Shown: positions 46,096 through 59,880 of the stretch, piece after piece
Layout of the letters: every line of letters begins with the position of its first letter
How positions within the stretch are numbered: the first letter of the stretch is position 1
Source: Trichodelitschia bisporula
Taxonomy: Eukaryota
Reading direction: 5' to 3'
Assembly (NCBI GenBank): GCA_010356995.1
Contig: ML996694.1
Location: 371,224-435,223 of the forward strand
DNA length: 64,000 nucleotides
Notes under the pieces: generated by a model
What the model was told of the DNA's origin: nothing
The model's database searches: none
The model's input: the letters and a program-made list of their open reading frames with translations, nothing else
Program-made: the position numbers and the translations under genes

Positions 46096-49042
46096 AGGCG
46101 TGTAGGGAAGTAAGGACTACATGGTAGTTAGAGCATATTGATGCTGAGAGGGGACTCCAAAACTGCAGCACCAGCAATCGCGATCCTAGACCCTTCACCA
46201 GCATCCATCAAGATTCCCCGCAAGCAACATCCCCCACAAGCATCAATGCCATCCCCGCATTTACGGCCGCACCTACCTCTCTCAGACCCCGCTCTTCCTA
46301 ACCCACCCGAAGCACTCAAACATCTAACCGAACCGTGAAGCCCGACGTCACAAGCCGATGAATCGCCCCGGCCCCTCGCAACCCCACACCTCGGCATGCG
46401 AATTTTGCACTTACGGAACCGTACCCACAATCTTGGCAGTGGGCAGTACCGTAGTACGTACTGTGTAATACATAAGTACTTCGACAAAGGATTGAGCCGC
46501 CCTCGGGGCGTGACGTCGGCCCCGTTCAGCCCCGCGCAATAACCTTACAATATCAACCTTTCGAGGCCGCGCGGGTAAATCCCCTCCGCGCGCACCATAC
46601 GCCGGACCTACTATGCGCCCCGTTTGGGACCGGGTATGATCCGCACGAGCTGAGGGGGCAATGGCCTTTTGAGAGACAAGCACACGCTCAATTACTCGCC
46701 CTTCCCGCAACAGCGGAGAACATGCGACATCAGTGGTGGTAGCACAACGATCGGCGTCGGCCCCATAGGTCGGACGATCAGCGCCGCACAGCCTCGCGCG
46801 TCTAAAGTAGTTCTAGTAGATGTCTTCGAATAGAATTCCTTCTTAGAAGCCCATTTAGAACTTAACCTTGAACCAAGGCTTTTTTAGCTGATATTCTCAC
46901 GGGCGCGCACATGGCACATACATGCCTACGAAAGTAGCCAGCCAACCCCGCGCCCGCACACACGCCCCACCTCAGCCGCACATGCGCCCGCCATTCTGCA
47001 GTTTACTGTACCATGTACGCACAGCGTGGTAAGCCGAACCTAAGAAAGCCGTACTGCAGATAGGCGACGGGCATCGCGCTTCGAACCTCGAGCCCGGCTT
47101 CGACGCAGCTAAAATAGCCCCGAAAGGCCACGCACGAGTCCGGTCCGCACGTGCGGGAGGCGCGCGGCCTAATAAATGAGGACCGACTGCGCCAGTGGCC
47201 AACCACCGCTTGGCTACGGGGCACAACACGAGTCACGGTCGCTGGTACTTACCGGTACGGTACGGATAGGCGGCCAGCACCGTGGTGGACAGACCCCGCT
47301 GCGGCTGGAAAGAGACATACGGTAAGCCCCACTTGCCAGAGTAAGCAGCGTTGCAATCGATATGGTATCCAAATCTCGATATCCCAATCGATATAGCCGG
47401 TGTTATTGCCCTTCTACGCAATCCGTATGGTTGAAGCAGCCCTCCCGTGCCGTATCTCGGTACCAAACACGCACAAAACGCGGGGCCGCCTGCACTCGGC
47501 TCCCCCGGTGTGAAGGGGCAGGGTTTGTTACTGGTGGGCCGGTGAGATTTGCAACTCGCTGAATCTGTCCCGACCGTTGGGCTGCGCATCCTAGCAGCTA
47601 TGCTGTGCCTACGCTTGCGGCGGTGATGTTGTCATGTATTGCCACGCGGTGTGGAGGTTTGGTCCGTGAATGGCTTCTCATGATGCGAGGATCGCCCGGT
47701 CTGGAGGGGAGAAAGTGTGGAGAAGGCGAGGCAGAGGAGAGACCAGGCCGGACATGGGCAGCGCAAGAGACGGGACGAGACGGCATGATGGGTTGCGTGC
47801 ATGAAATTGTTTCAAGGACAGGGAGACGCGGGAAGCGCAGAGGAGGATGATGCGGGTGTTATGGGCGAACAGTCGAGACTCTCTGGTGACTGACGTCGCG
47901 GTCAACGCACACAAAGCCTTACGCAACTGACCTGCAGATCAGCCTTCGGCTGCCGGCCAGATCTTCATTGCCCATGGATCCATGGATGTTGCCCTCCCTC
48001 CCCACCTCTTCATGAGACGTCGAGGCTGTGGATACGTACCTCGAGCACGGGACCAAAGTGAAGGGCCAATTGCGGGGGCAAACGGGCTTTCTGCTCGAGC
48101 CGGCGAGGGTGCGATAGGACCCCAGTCCATGCAATGCAGGCGGCTCGTGGCGATGGAGCTGTTGTGGTGGTTTGAGGGTTGATATGCTGAGCGCAGAGAT
48201 TGACCGGTCGGAAGGGAAAGCGGTTCATTCATGCTGCGCAGTGATCCGCGGAAGCTTTTAAGTTAGTGAGAAACCCAATGGAGTGAAGAGTCGGCGATGG
48301 AAAGCATATCCCAAACAAGAGGAAGACGGAAGACGAGACGGCGATGGTTGCGTGAGTTTGTTCGCTGCTTCCTGTCCCATGTCTCCTTGTGGTCAGACCT
48401 GCCTGCGGTCCCCTTCTTTGTCTTGGCTTGCATCAGCGGATTGGCCGGGCTGAGGGTTTGGTGGCTTGGGGGGCTTTCTTGGGACGCGGGCTCCGGGCAA
48501 CGGTCCGAGAAAGCTTTGTTTTGTGTCTGCTTTGGAGAGAAGATGATGAGGAAGAGGGCGAGAGAGAGGACGAGATATACGGATGTAGAGCGAGATATGT
48601 ACATCCATATATCCGTAGTGAGTGTGCGAGAGAAAAGGAGGCCAAGTGAGGGTAAGAGAGGGGAAGAGAGGCAAGAGAGTGATAGAGCAGCCAGCAACAG
48701 ACCAGAGGCAGGTAGGAGAGTCAGCTCCCTGCAGAAAGCAGAGCTGGCGAAGAAGCTGGCGAAGCAAAATCAGCGAACAGCATCTCGAGAAAATTCGGCC
48801 ATTTGTTGCCATTACTGCTCCAATTCCTTTCCTTTTCCTTTTCCCATTCGGATCTCTATTTTCGTGCTGGGAGCCGGGAAACATTCGGGACTTGGATGAT
48901 GCTGGTCATCTCATTTGGCCTGCCGTTATTCGGATGCCGCTGCCGGGATCACTTGTTGCTTGCTGTTGGTGGGACATGGTGGTGAGAGACGAAGGTCGAG
49001 CCATAGCTTGTTGATGAGCTTACTGCGCATGGTCGACTGAAA

Positions 49043-49078
49043 AGTATATCCCGAAGCATATCCCAAAGCATGTCCCAA
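49043..49078. repeat. Three tandem 12-bp units (AGYATRTCCCRA); another copy at 48303-48314
   Basis: Directly visible. Confidence 0.7.
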
Positions 49079-51540
49079 CTATCCAAGACCAAACATCACA
49101 GCGGATCGACCAAAGGAGCGATGTCGATAACCATCAGAGGATGTACGGTAAGGCACGACGCATGACGCACGACGCGCAAGCTGAAGTTGTTGCATCATCG
49201 ACCTTTGCCGCCGGCCGCTCGTGGCCGTGCAACATATGCGCGCGCCATGCTGGTACCGGGTACATTCCGTCCCTCTCTTCTCTTCCCATTACCCTCTCTT
49301 TTCTCTTTTCTCTCTCTCGAGGGTGGCTGCAGTGTGACGGTTGTGCCACTCTGCCCTTATCCGCTGCCACGCGCTCGCACAACGCGGACACGGTGGGCAA
49401 CCCCGCATTCAACCGAGGGATGGCAAAGCGACTGTGAGGCGAACTCAAGTCATCAACCCTAAACGGGTTCGAATGGCTGAGAGAGGTGCCCAGCGGACAG
49501 TTCGCATTCTGGCTCTCGTTCGCAGGCTGCTGCTTTGATTTGTGCCTTGACTCCGCCTTGTCCAACCTGGCCTTGTTTGCGCTGGTCGAGTTCGCCGGGG
49601 GTGGTGCGGGGCCTGACTCGAGATGGTGGTGGGGGATAGAAGGTGTGGATAATGGAGCGCAAGGCAAGAAAATGTGATTCGTCGTATGGGATGATTCGCG
49701 CCGTGATGATTGACCTTTTCGTAATTAATTGCCTTCATCCCTCTCCTCTGTTACCCCTCTGCGTCCTGATGTGAGGAAAGTGACAAGAAAAGCCTGGCAA
49801 ACCTGGTAGAGCATCATCACGTCGAAGCGACTCCCCTAGCTTGAAAGCTCACCGAGACTGGACAGTCGGAGAGGATGCACCGCCACCTGATAGATTATTG
49901 AAGTTGCTACTGCGTAAGTTGTTGTACAGTACATAGTACGTACCGCCTGCCTGCGCTCTCGCCGGGATGAAGGCCCTAGGACGCCGACGGACCCATGTAG
50001 TTTTTTTGCTCTCTTCTCGTCGAAGTTTCTTGTCGAGGCTTTTTGACCTGCAAGTGCTGGGAGGTGGATTGATGCTTTACTGAGTGGCTCCCCATTAGCC
50101 CTCACGCTGCAGAACGAATCCCAAGAAAAATACCAAGCAGTGGAACAGACCAGTCACTTCTTCTCAGTGCCTGGTTTAACGTGGGCGGAGCGCCTCTCTG
50201 CGAGCTTCAAGCACTCCGACAGGCTGAGCGAACGCTGCGACTTTCTCCACCATTGCCCTTGTGCATCGGGAGAAGAATTCGAGAGCAATTCGAGACTCTT
50301 TTTGAACCGTCAATATTTTCCTTTTTCTCTGGCTGGTATCGTCTCATTTCTCCGACAGTTAGGTTATCGTGAACTATTTGGGGAGACGTTCTACTTCGTA
50401 AAGGAGGCTACGGATATAGTCCAACGCTTGTTCGCCTTTCTCTCTCTTCTAAATCCTCCATCAGCTCTCCTTTGTGATATACATCGGTACATCCGTAATT
50501 CATTGATCCTAATTTGCCTCGTTCCTGTCTTTACCCCATCTCTCCCTCTCGTGGTAATCCTAACCTCCCTTTGCCTCGCAGGTCTGGGTTACGAGGTTCT
50601 GTCCGCCTGGCCCTGCACAACCGATTCGTCAAAGCCCGACGTGCATTTTGGCGGCCGGCGCGTGCCATTCTACGAATGTTCCCGGGCTCGAGAGAGGTGG
50701 TGAGTTCCTTAGTGACGCCAGATGCCTACTCGGTATTCCTCTCCACCTCTTGGACGTTGGCATATCCTCAAGGCTCTCCTCTCTCTCTCCCTCTCTCTGT
50801 ACATGTGTGTGATCTCATGAGCAAAGACACTACTCCCTCTTCCATGTCAGCACTGCATATCCTACCCCCGCCTACATATGGCTTTTGCTTCGCATCCTTC
50901 GTAACAAGCATTGAGGTCGGCTTCACTGCATATTCGGTCAGAGCAGTACGGATAGAGCTTACTATAGCTAAATAGTACTACCCGCTACCCGTACAAGCCC
51001 CACACATACCCACATACCCTCTCACGCCTCTCTCCCTTTCCCCTCTAGTCCCCCTGCCTTACCCTTTCCTGTATCTTTCTATCCCAGAAACCGACGCCAT
51101 TCTCCACCCCCAGTTCTTCCAAATCTCCTCTAGGCTCACTGCCGCTGGTTGCCTCCACATCTGCAATCCGCATCCGCATCTGCGTCCTCATCCCACCCTT
51201 CCTGCGCCTACTTCTCGTCCACGCCAACAACGAGCATCACATTCGCCTCCTCCTCCACCGCCAATTCCTTATTCTCTAGTATCCACCGCTCACCCATCAC
51301 CCCTCTACTACCAACCCACGTCTACCCGCCTGCTGGCTCCCCCCCCTTCTCAGAGGCCTTCAATTCATATCCCCTCCCTCCCCCCCCCCCGCGACCCCCA
51401 GAGTTGATCCCGTTTCGCGACCCTCGCCTGGGCCTGTTTATGCTCTCCAGCCCAGTTTCCCCTCAGAACAGCCTGACTGAAACGTCGCTGAAGGGGATCC
51501 GGGACTAAAACGTCCCCTAACCGCCTCACTCCCTTCTCCA

Positions 51541-51568
51541 CCCCCCCCCCCCCNNNNNNNNNNCCCCC
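51541..51568 (+). repeat. Poly(C) tract interrupted by a 10-N gap, upstream of the RING-VWA gene
   Basis: Directly visible; true length unknown. Confidence 0.85.
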
Positions 51569-51610
51569 ACATCTGCGCATTATCCCGTTCCAAAAAAGCA
51601 CTTGAGGTCC

Positions 51611-54600
51611 ATGTCAAGCAGATCGTTCCACAACCCTTTGGCAGCGGCGCGTAAACCCTCGAGATCCAAGTCCAAACGTCCCGACAATTTGGAGTCGAAC
51701 TTGGAGGTACTCGGCCTACTACCATCACGCCAGAAAGAGTCGAAGCGCAAAGGCGTTGAGTTTTCCGCAAGCGTTTCAGACGCGTCAAGCAGTATGTCTT
51801 CCCTTCCGTATTGTGTAGCTGTTTCATTTCTGCTTTTTGCTTCATCGTTGCGCCGTTGCGCCGCATGTCTCTTTCCCTCTGTCTCTCCACCGCGGCCCAC
51901 CTTCCTTTCACTGTTCTCGCAAGTCACAGCCAGACCTTGATTACTGACTCCGTTTCCTTAATGCAGGCACCCGTCGCCCCTCACGCGCCCCGAGCCGCAG
52001 TAACAACCCGCGATTGACGCCTGACAGCGACCGTTCTTCCGCACCGTCCCACCTGCCACGCTCGAGCAGAGGCATGGCTGGCGTGCTCGACATGGAGCGA
52101 TCCCGTAATCGCAAGGATCGCACCTTTGTGGGAAGCGAATGCGCCGTCTGTGAGGAGAACTTGGAATACACTCTACGCGGCGAGCGGATCCTTCAGCTGT
52201 CATGCGGTCACGTCGCCCACGAGGCATGCTTCTACGAGCACATTCGCGAATCTGAGTCGCAGTACTGCCCGGCGTGCAAGGCGCCCCTGGCGCTCGACAC
52301 CAGCCGCGGTGGCAATGTCTTGGACCTTGGTAGGGCGCAGTCCTTTCGGGTATGTGAATATTCTAACCATGATGTAGAGAAGCTGAGCTATATCGTGAAG
52401 TCTGGAACTGGATCTGATGGCAGCCGCTATGGACCCCGCAGCAACATGACCTCGCCGGTCCCATGGGATAACCAGCCTTTGAACCAACCCGCCTCACGAG
52501 AGCCGACGCTGCGCCCGCAACGATCCCAAGAGCTTCTCGGAAACCGGGAGCGGGTACAGCAGCACTCACGCAACGACAGCGCGACAACCGGCGTAACTTC
52601 TGTCAATGACTTTGCAGAACCGCAAAGCACAACGGGACGGCGCCATGATTACGATGTGCAGTCCATGGAGACATCGCTCAGCAGCCCGCGGAACGTTGTG
52701 CGCAACCCTATCCCACCACCCACCGTCACCGTGCGCAGCGAGTTCCCGACGCTCACGCGCTCGCGCCAGCAGCAGAGTCTTACGTGTCTGATTACTGTCG
52801 AGGTCATGGAGGGCAAGTGGCGACCGACGCCCGAGGATGTGCGACCGCTGCCGCCGGTACCGCAGCAGATGGGCAGTCTGAACGAGTTTGGCCAGAAGAC
52901 AGCTCCTGTGATTCCGCAGCGGTCGAACAGCACGTATGAATCGCGACGGCAGCTGGATGAGGTTACTGAAGAGTTGCACTCTCGGGTGGACAACTGGCAT
53001 GGCCTGGACTTCTCGCGGTATGAGCAGAGTCTACTCAGCACGGAAATTATGCTGATGTTGCTAGATTCGGCAAGTTGCGCCTGCACGGCTATGTTCGCGT
53101 TGGCAAGGACCAGAAAGCGTGGCAGGATCTTGATTGCTATCTTTTTTCGGACATGCTCATTTGCGTAAGGGAACGAAAGCCGCTCCCCTTACAGGAGTCA
53201 TACGATCAGAAGAGCAAGCCAAAGTGCACGCTCAAAGGGTCGATTTTGATCAAAAAGCATCTCAAGGAGGTTGAGACACATCTCGGTATGCCCTTCTATT
53301 TGGCGATCGCTGTCAGCTAATCAGACGCAGATAGAACTATTCTGACCCTCAGCCTTTCCGTGGCCGAGCTGCCACAGTTCCATCTCCAGTTTCAAGATCG
53401 GTCAACTCTCGAAGTCTGGAAAGGCGCGCTGCTCTCCATCAACAGCCCACAGACGCACTCATCTCGGACGGAATACGACTTCGAAAACTCTGGCACCGAT
53501 GAAGACGAGTACAGAACAGTCAACACTAAGCGTCTGTCGTCCGTAAACTCCTCCTATGGCGCCGCTAAATCCTACAACACAGCCCCGACCGAGTACTCCA
53601 GCTCGCGCCCGGGCATGTATGACCCGAGACTGGCGCGCCCGATTCACGTGCCACTCGACATTGTGGTCGTGATTCCAGTATCTACGTCGATGCAGGGATT
53701 AAAGATCAGCTTGCTACGCGATACGCTCAAGTTCCTCGTGACCAATCTGGGAGAAAGAGACAGGATGGGGCTGGTGACGTTTGGGTCTAGCGGTGGAGGT
53801 GTGCCTATCGTGAGTATGACTTCGAAGGCGTGGAATGGATGGGCGAAGGTGCTAGACTCGGTGCGGCCTGTTGGCCAGAAGAGCTTGCGAGCCGATGTGG
53901 TGGAGGGCGCCAACGTGGCCATGGATCTGCTCATGCAGCGCAAATCGGCGAACCCACTGTCAAGTATCCTGCTCATCAGCGACTCATCGACGTCGGATCC
54001 AGAGAGCGTCGATTTCGTCATCCAGAGGGCTGAGGCTGCCAAGTAGGTGCATTTCCTTTGGTCGCACATGCGCCATTAACATTATCTAGGGTCGTGATAC
54101 ACTCGTTCGGCTTGGGCCTCACGCACAAGCCTGACACAATGATCGAGCTATCGACGCGCACCAAGGCGTCGTACACGTACGTCAAGGACTGGATGATGCT
54201 GCGTGAATGCGTAGCCGGGTGTCTGGGTTCGCTGCAGACAACGTCGCACCAGAACGCCAAACTCAAGCTGCGCCTACCGGAAGGTTCACCGGCCAAGTTT
54301 GTCAAGATTAGTGGCGCGCTGCATATAACGAAGCGTGCAAGCGGTCGCGATGCTGAGGCTGCGCTAGGGGATTTACGCTTTGGTGACAAGAGGGGTGAGT
54401 CGGGTTTTTAGCTCATCCCTGTCTCATAACTAACTCGTTACAGACATCCTCGTCCAGCTGGTCATCACGCCCGACAACGCCTCCGCGGAGCAACTTCCCC
54501 AAGATCATTGGGGAACCATCATTTCTGACCTCGAATCAATCGGTGGCAGTGCGGATCAAGACGAACAGCGTACCCTATCTGTCGAAGAAGTCCCGCTCAT

Positions 54601-55459
54601 CCAAGCCGACCTTACATACGGCGACATCCTGCGTGACGGCGCCTTCGCTCAGTTATCACGCCCCTCCCTGCTCGCAATCACCATGCTCCCGGCCTCCCGC
54701 GCGAAATCCATCGGCCGTCCCATTTCTCCCCCGATCCCCCCACATCCTTCCATCGTCCAACGCCGCATGGAGCTCCTCACTTCAGACATGCTCACCCGCG
54801 CCCTGATGCTCGTATCCAAAGGCCAACACGACCGCGCCCACCACCTCCTCCGCGAGACTCGTTCTATCCTAAAGGGCCTAGGCAAGGGCAATCTGCCCCC
54901 ACTCCCAACCCCAGGTAGCGCAACCACAGGAACCGCGCCTCCCTTCCCATCCAGCATGTCGACGCGGCAGAGCGCGTTACCACCACCCCACGGTGCGAAT
55001 CAGCCGACCTCTCCTACGTCCACGGATGGCCACCCGGATCGGCGAACTAACAACTCGCCGCCGACAAACGCCTCACAGCTCGCTGCGAGCCCGACGACGA
55101 CAGCGGGCTCTGCGCACGGCAGCAATCTCCCGCCGCTCGACCCGACGGCCACGAGCATGAGCGGGCACAACTCGTTCCAGCCGAGCGCGGTGGGGATCGA
55201 TACGCGGACCGTTGCGGCGTTGGACGCGGAGCTAGAAGCGTCGCTGGAGTGGATCAGCCATCCCGCCATCTTTGGACGGGACTCGCGTAAAGCCGTACTG
55301 CAGGCTATTGGAGTTATAAGCTCGCAGCGGGGATACACATTCCGGACGCCGGCTGAGAGTTTGTGGGCGGAGAGAATCAAGGGGATTAAGAGGTTAGCGG
55401 AGAGATCGAGGGAGTGGCGAGAGGTGGGAGACGAGATGGCTGTTGTGGAAGAGGGGTGA
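51611..55459 (+). CDS. RING-H2 + PH-like + von Willebrand A domain protein (Far1/Ste5-like scaffold); seven exons, first intron 51792-51966
   Basis: CAVCEE..LSCGHVAHEACF..CPAC RING; WQDLDCYLFSDMLICV; PLDIVVVIPVSTSMQGLK..DRMGLVTFGS..LLISDSS VWA. Start could instead be ATG 52074. Confidence 0.88.
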
Positions 55460-58400
55460 GTTCCGTTGTGTGTGTCATTCGATATGTGTCTTTGTTACGA
55501 TATCCCCTCTTTGAGTCTGGTTTGGCCACCTATTTTCTATATCTGGTGGGAATGTGTGCTTCACACTGGACGAGCGCGGGTTTCACGATTTGTATATTGA
55601 GGGATCTGACGCGGTTCTAGGGAGGGGGATCTGGATCGTTTCTATCTCTGGTTGCATGGCATGTATTCTCGCCGGCGTGGTGTGTGGATGGGTTTGGTGC
55701 AGGCTCGGTTTGGCGCGGGCTCGCGCCTGGTCCTTTTTTGTCGTTTCGTCTCTTCTGGATATGCTTGATAGCTCCCCTTGACGGAGAGGCCCCGACTGCC
55801 CTCGTTCTGGCATCTCCTACCTGTACTCACCCCATTGTGTTCATATTACCCTCTACCTCCCCTCTCCTCCCCTCCCCGCCTCATCCCACTACCTAATATC
55901 ACACTCGCGGTGGCTGTTATGCCTATTGTACCCCCTTTTGTCTAGTCGTTTTTGGGAGATCCGCGTCTCTGAGAGATACCACCATAGATCCTGCGTAGGG
56001 TTTCCTTTGCTGTCTAACTTGTGCTTTGTTTGGATCTACTGTTTTTGTTAACTACAGACTTGCTTGTCGCCAGTCTCCTTGATGTCACATACTCTGTACC
56101 TACTCCCGCCCTGTGCAATGAGCATTACGATGTACCCCCTCTTCCGCGTTCTAGCAGATCCTAGCATCGTCATGTACTCCCATCCAGGCCATTGCCTGAA
56201 ACACTTAATATTAGGCCACATATTCACAGGCAACCGCCAATGCCCCTCTGTGAGCCACGCCGAACCCCAAACCTGCCTCGTCCCGGCTGCAAACCGAAAA
56301 CTCCTCCCGTCGCGTGCAGCGCAAACCGACACTGCCCCCCCCGGATCCGCACCCCGGCCCGCAACCAGCACCGCGCACCCCCGCCATGCACGCCGCACTT
56401 CACCGAAGCAGCGCACGTGGCGGGTTGCAGGGATGGTCGACGCTGCGCGCATTATTGCGGGGATGGGCAAGCGCAGTTGGGCGGGATGCGGGGGCTGGGG
56501 GAGGGTGCCTGGATTGCTTAGGTGGCGGTTGCTATTGCATTCGGTTGCTTAGTCTGGGTTTGTGGTGGCGGGTTGAAGAAGGGTGCCTGAACCTTTGGGA
56601 TGTGAGGCGGGAAAGTGGTGGTGGGCCGGGGGAGAACTTCATTGATGGATGGTGAGCTGAAGCGTGGAATAGGGTTTCGCATTCCCACCTATTGCGCACA
56701 TCTACGTGCGTCTGATGTGCCCACTATGACCGCGGAACCTTGCGCACATCATGGAATGGGGAGTACGTACCATCCCTTCACCTCAGCCAGTTCAGCGCGG
56801 GAAGCGCATACAACGACGCACTAGCATGCGGGGTGCATCATTCATCGCATTTGGACCGGGGCTTGGGCTCCGGAAGGCTCCGACCCTTCAAGTCATGGCG
56901 GAGGGGGATCGGCGACGCAGGATGGCGATGGATCGCGGTTGACTGGGATGAAACGACTGACCGAATGGGAAGCGCATGGCTCGATGGGCAGTAGGCTAGC
57001 TGTTTTCGGTCGCGATGGAGCGATACGGCGGTGGGAGGAGATGGGCGGTTTACCGCCGAGGCAGATGCGAGCTGGAGTAGCGAACAAGAGAGTGGCGTGC
57101 GGGGAAGCGTCCTGATGGGCCAGTGATAGGAGGCAGAGAGGCGACGTATGTTAGCGCTTCCAGATGCAGCATGCGCCTCAGCAGACCGCGAGGAATGAAT
57201 GCGGGGTTCGAAGAATTCCAGAATATTCCCTCAGCCTTCAAGGAAGCCTACTTGATTCCCGCAGGGCGGCGGTCTTGCTCGATGAAGGAATGAAGTGCGG
57301 AATTGAGTTTTGCTCACGGTTGCTTGATCCACTCTTTGCTGCGCGAAGACCCGACGTTCGCGACCGCTCGCAAGGCGGCAGGGTACCCTGGTCCCCCTTC
57401 CCCGCGCCAACCGCCAGGCGGAATAGACTGGTAGAATTGCGCGCACCATAGCATGGGGAGCTGGAACGCCGGGCCGAGGGCGCTGCGCGGCCCGATCCTT
57501 GCCGTCCGTTCGAGTGAGACAACCCGCGAACGGCGTTGATGAGTTAGACTGGGAGATGGGCGCTAGTGCGATGGGGAGGGCGTTTAGGACGTCGTATCTC
57601 TGGATGTACAGCAATGAAAGAGTGGGATTCGACGGCTGGCAGCAAGGGGCCTGGCGAAGGGCGGAGTTCGCTACGGTTTTGGGGGGGTTTCGTCCCGTCT
57701 TCCCGGCTGTGTGGGGAGTTTTGTTCAGGGTCGTGTCCTGGTCGGCTGTCTGTCGGGAAGAGATGCGAGCTCGAGATCGGCAAACTTGCTCAAATGACGT
57801 GAGTGAGGCTTGAGGAGCCTATGGCTTGCACGATATGTAGCGCTCGATCATGGTTCGGTCCGCCGTGCACTTGACTCGAGGAGGCAAATAAGATGCTTCG
57901 TCTGTACCTGTACTGCTAGCGGCTGCAGTGTTACTTCGATACTCATCGGAAAGACTGTGCTGTCCTAGCTCTTATTTTGACAGCACATGAGGTTTCATTA
58001 GATCTCTATACCAGCTGGCACATATGTACTGGGAAGTGATGGCTTTCGGTAGCCATTGGTACCAGTGACATGATGATTGATAGACGCGGGGCTGCCGACA
58101 AACGATGTAGCTTCCGGCTCTGTCACTCCTGGATGCTATTAAGGAAGTTATCAACAAATATCAATGTACGGCACCTCACAGGCCATGTTCAGTTAGCACA
58201 CAGTTCTGATATTGTAGTGCTTTTTCCTTGACAGCCAGCATCGGTTCGGGATAAGCCATATATGCGAACGAGACAACAAATGCTAGACACCAAATGCTAC
58301 GAGATGAAGAGGACATCGTATTGAGTAACTAGGCTAGCTGCCAGACAACAGATGCCACTATGCATGAGGAGTGGAGTAGTAGACAAGATATAGAGCAAGA

Positions 58401-58627
58401 GATGGAGAAGTGGTTGATGTTTGACGAAGGAAAGAAAACACCCCACAAAGCCAAGACTGCGTCATCGGTGGCTCGCGCTTTTCCCCGAACTCCGAAGTTC
58501 GGGTCTCGGAATATCACACTTCGTTGTCTTCTCACCCACAGCCTTTGTATGGAGAACAACTCCTTTCACAGCACCATTTCTACAACACAGCAGTTTTAGT
58601 ACTATTCTTCACACCACGCTCACTACC

Positions 58628-59880
58628 ATGGCCCTGCCCATCCCACCAGCCGTAATCCACATCAAGCGCAAACGGGATGAAGCTCCTGTCGACGTGCTTG
58701 GTATGCCCCTGCACCCCCCCTCTTCCTTCGAACGCCCCCAACTAACCAACTAGTTCTCGAAAACGAGCACCGCTCAGACAAACGCCGTGTTACCGATTTC
58801 GTCTTCCGCCGCCTGCGCGATGTCTCCGCCACTTTCGCATCGCCACACCCGCCCAACAACGGCATCCCCACCGTCATCACCACGCTCCCAGGCGAAGAAA
58901 AGCGCGACCCTTATGCCCTCCGTGTGCGTGAAACATACACGCCCAGCATTCCATCGCAACCCGATGAACCGCGCTGCATCACTGCTATCCCATTCCGCCG
59001 CCGCTTTCACCTTAGCACCCCAGCCTCAAGCACCGATGCAGACCTTAGCACATCGCCCGCGAGAAAACGCAAGCGCGCCGCGGAAATTGCGCTTTTTGTC
59101 GAGCGCGGGAAGGAGCCGCGGCCGGCGCGCGAGGTGCGGCGGCTGGCCGAGCGGGTTGGTACACTGAGCCTTGAGTTGGGCGTGCAGCTGCGTTCCGAGA
59201 CCGTGGAACGCCAGGCTAGGTCCCTGAGTCCGCGAAAGAGGCCGGTGACTACTGCTGCAGAACGGAAGTGGCGGATGCGGAGCACGAGTCGGAGGCGGGA
59301 GGGGGATGAGCGGGTTGGGATGCGAGAGGAAGGGCTCGAGAAGGCGATGCTTGTGGAGAAGATGAAAGCGTTTGCGCAGGAGGTGGAGAGTGCGGAACAG
59401 TCGCCGCCTTCGGTTGCCAGTACGGAGGAGCATGGCGAAGGGATGGAACTGGATGATCGGGATTATATCCATGAGACGTATGTGCGCCACTTGGTCCCGG
59501 CAGGGTCGGTAGATACGCAGAATGCGGGGCAGTTGGTCATCGACGAGGCGGCTCAGGAGCTGTGGGAGACTTACCTTTCTGACGACGAAGATGAGGAGAA
59601 GTTCGATACAGACGATGAGGACTCCAATGGTACGTTCTCGCAGAGTTTGACGCTGGCTTTGCTAATACTTTGCTCAGCGGAGGACTACTATGGCGCCGAC
59701 TACCCAGAAGACGAGGTGGAGTCGGATGATGAGTACGATATCAACCCCCATCAGTACAGCAACAACGATTCGGATGCCGACTATGGTTTCAGCGACGCGG
59801 AGGACGGCGATGCGGAGCCTCAGACGGCTACCAAGAGCGGCACCGGCATTGCCGGCGACTTCGAGATGAAGGACTACTAG
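58628..59880 (+). CDS. IWR1: RNA polymerase II nuclear import factor Iwr1. Exons 58628-58700, 58754-59629, 59678-59880
   Basis: IHIKRKRDEAPVDVL N-terminus; DYIHETY; DTDDEDSNAEDYYGADYPEDE signature. Confidence 0.88.

Noticed and set aside
55460..58627. Many overlapping 60-160 aa ORFs between the RING-VWA gene and IWR1
   Set aside because: No motifs, coding bias or consistent exon structure seen. Treated as intergenic.
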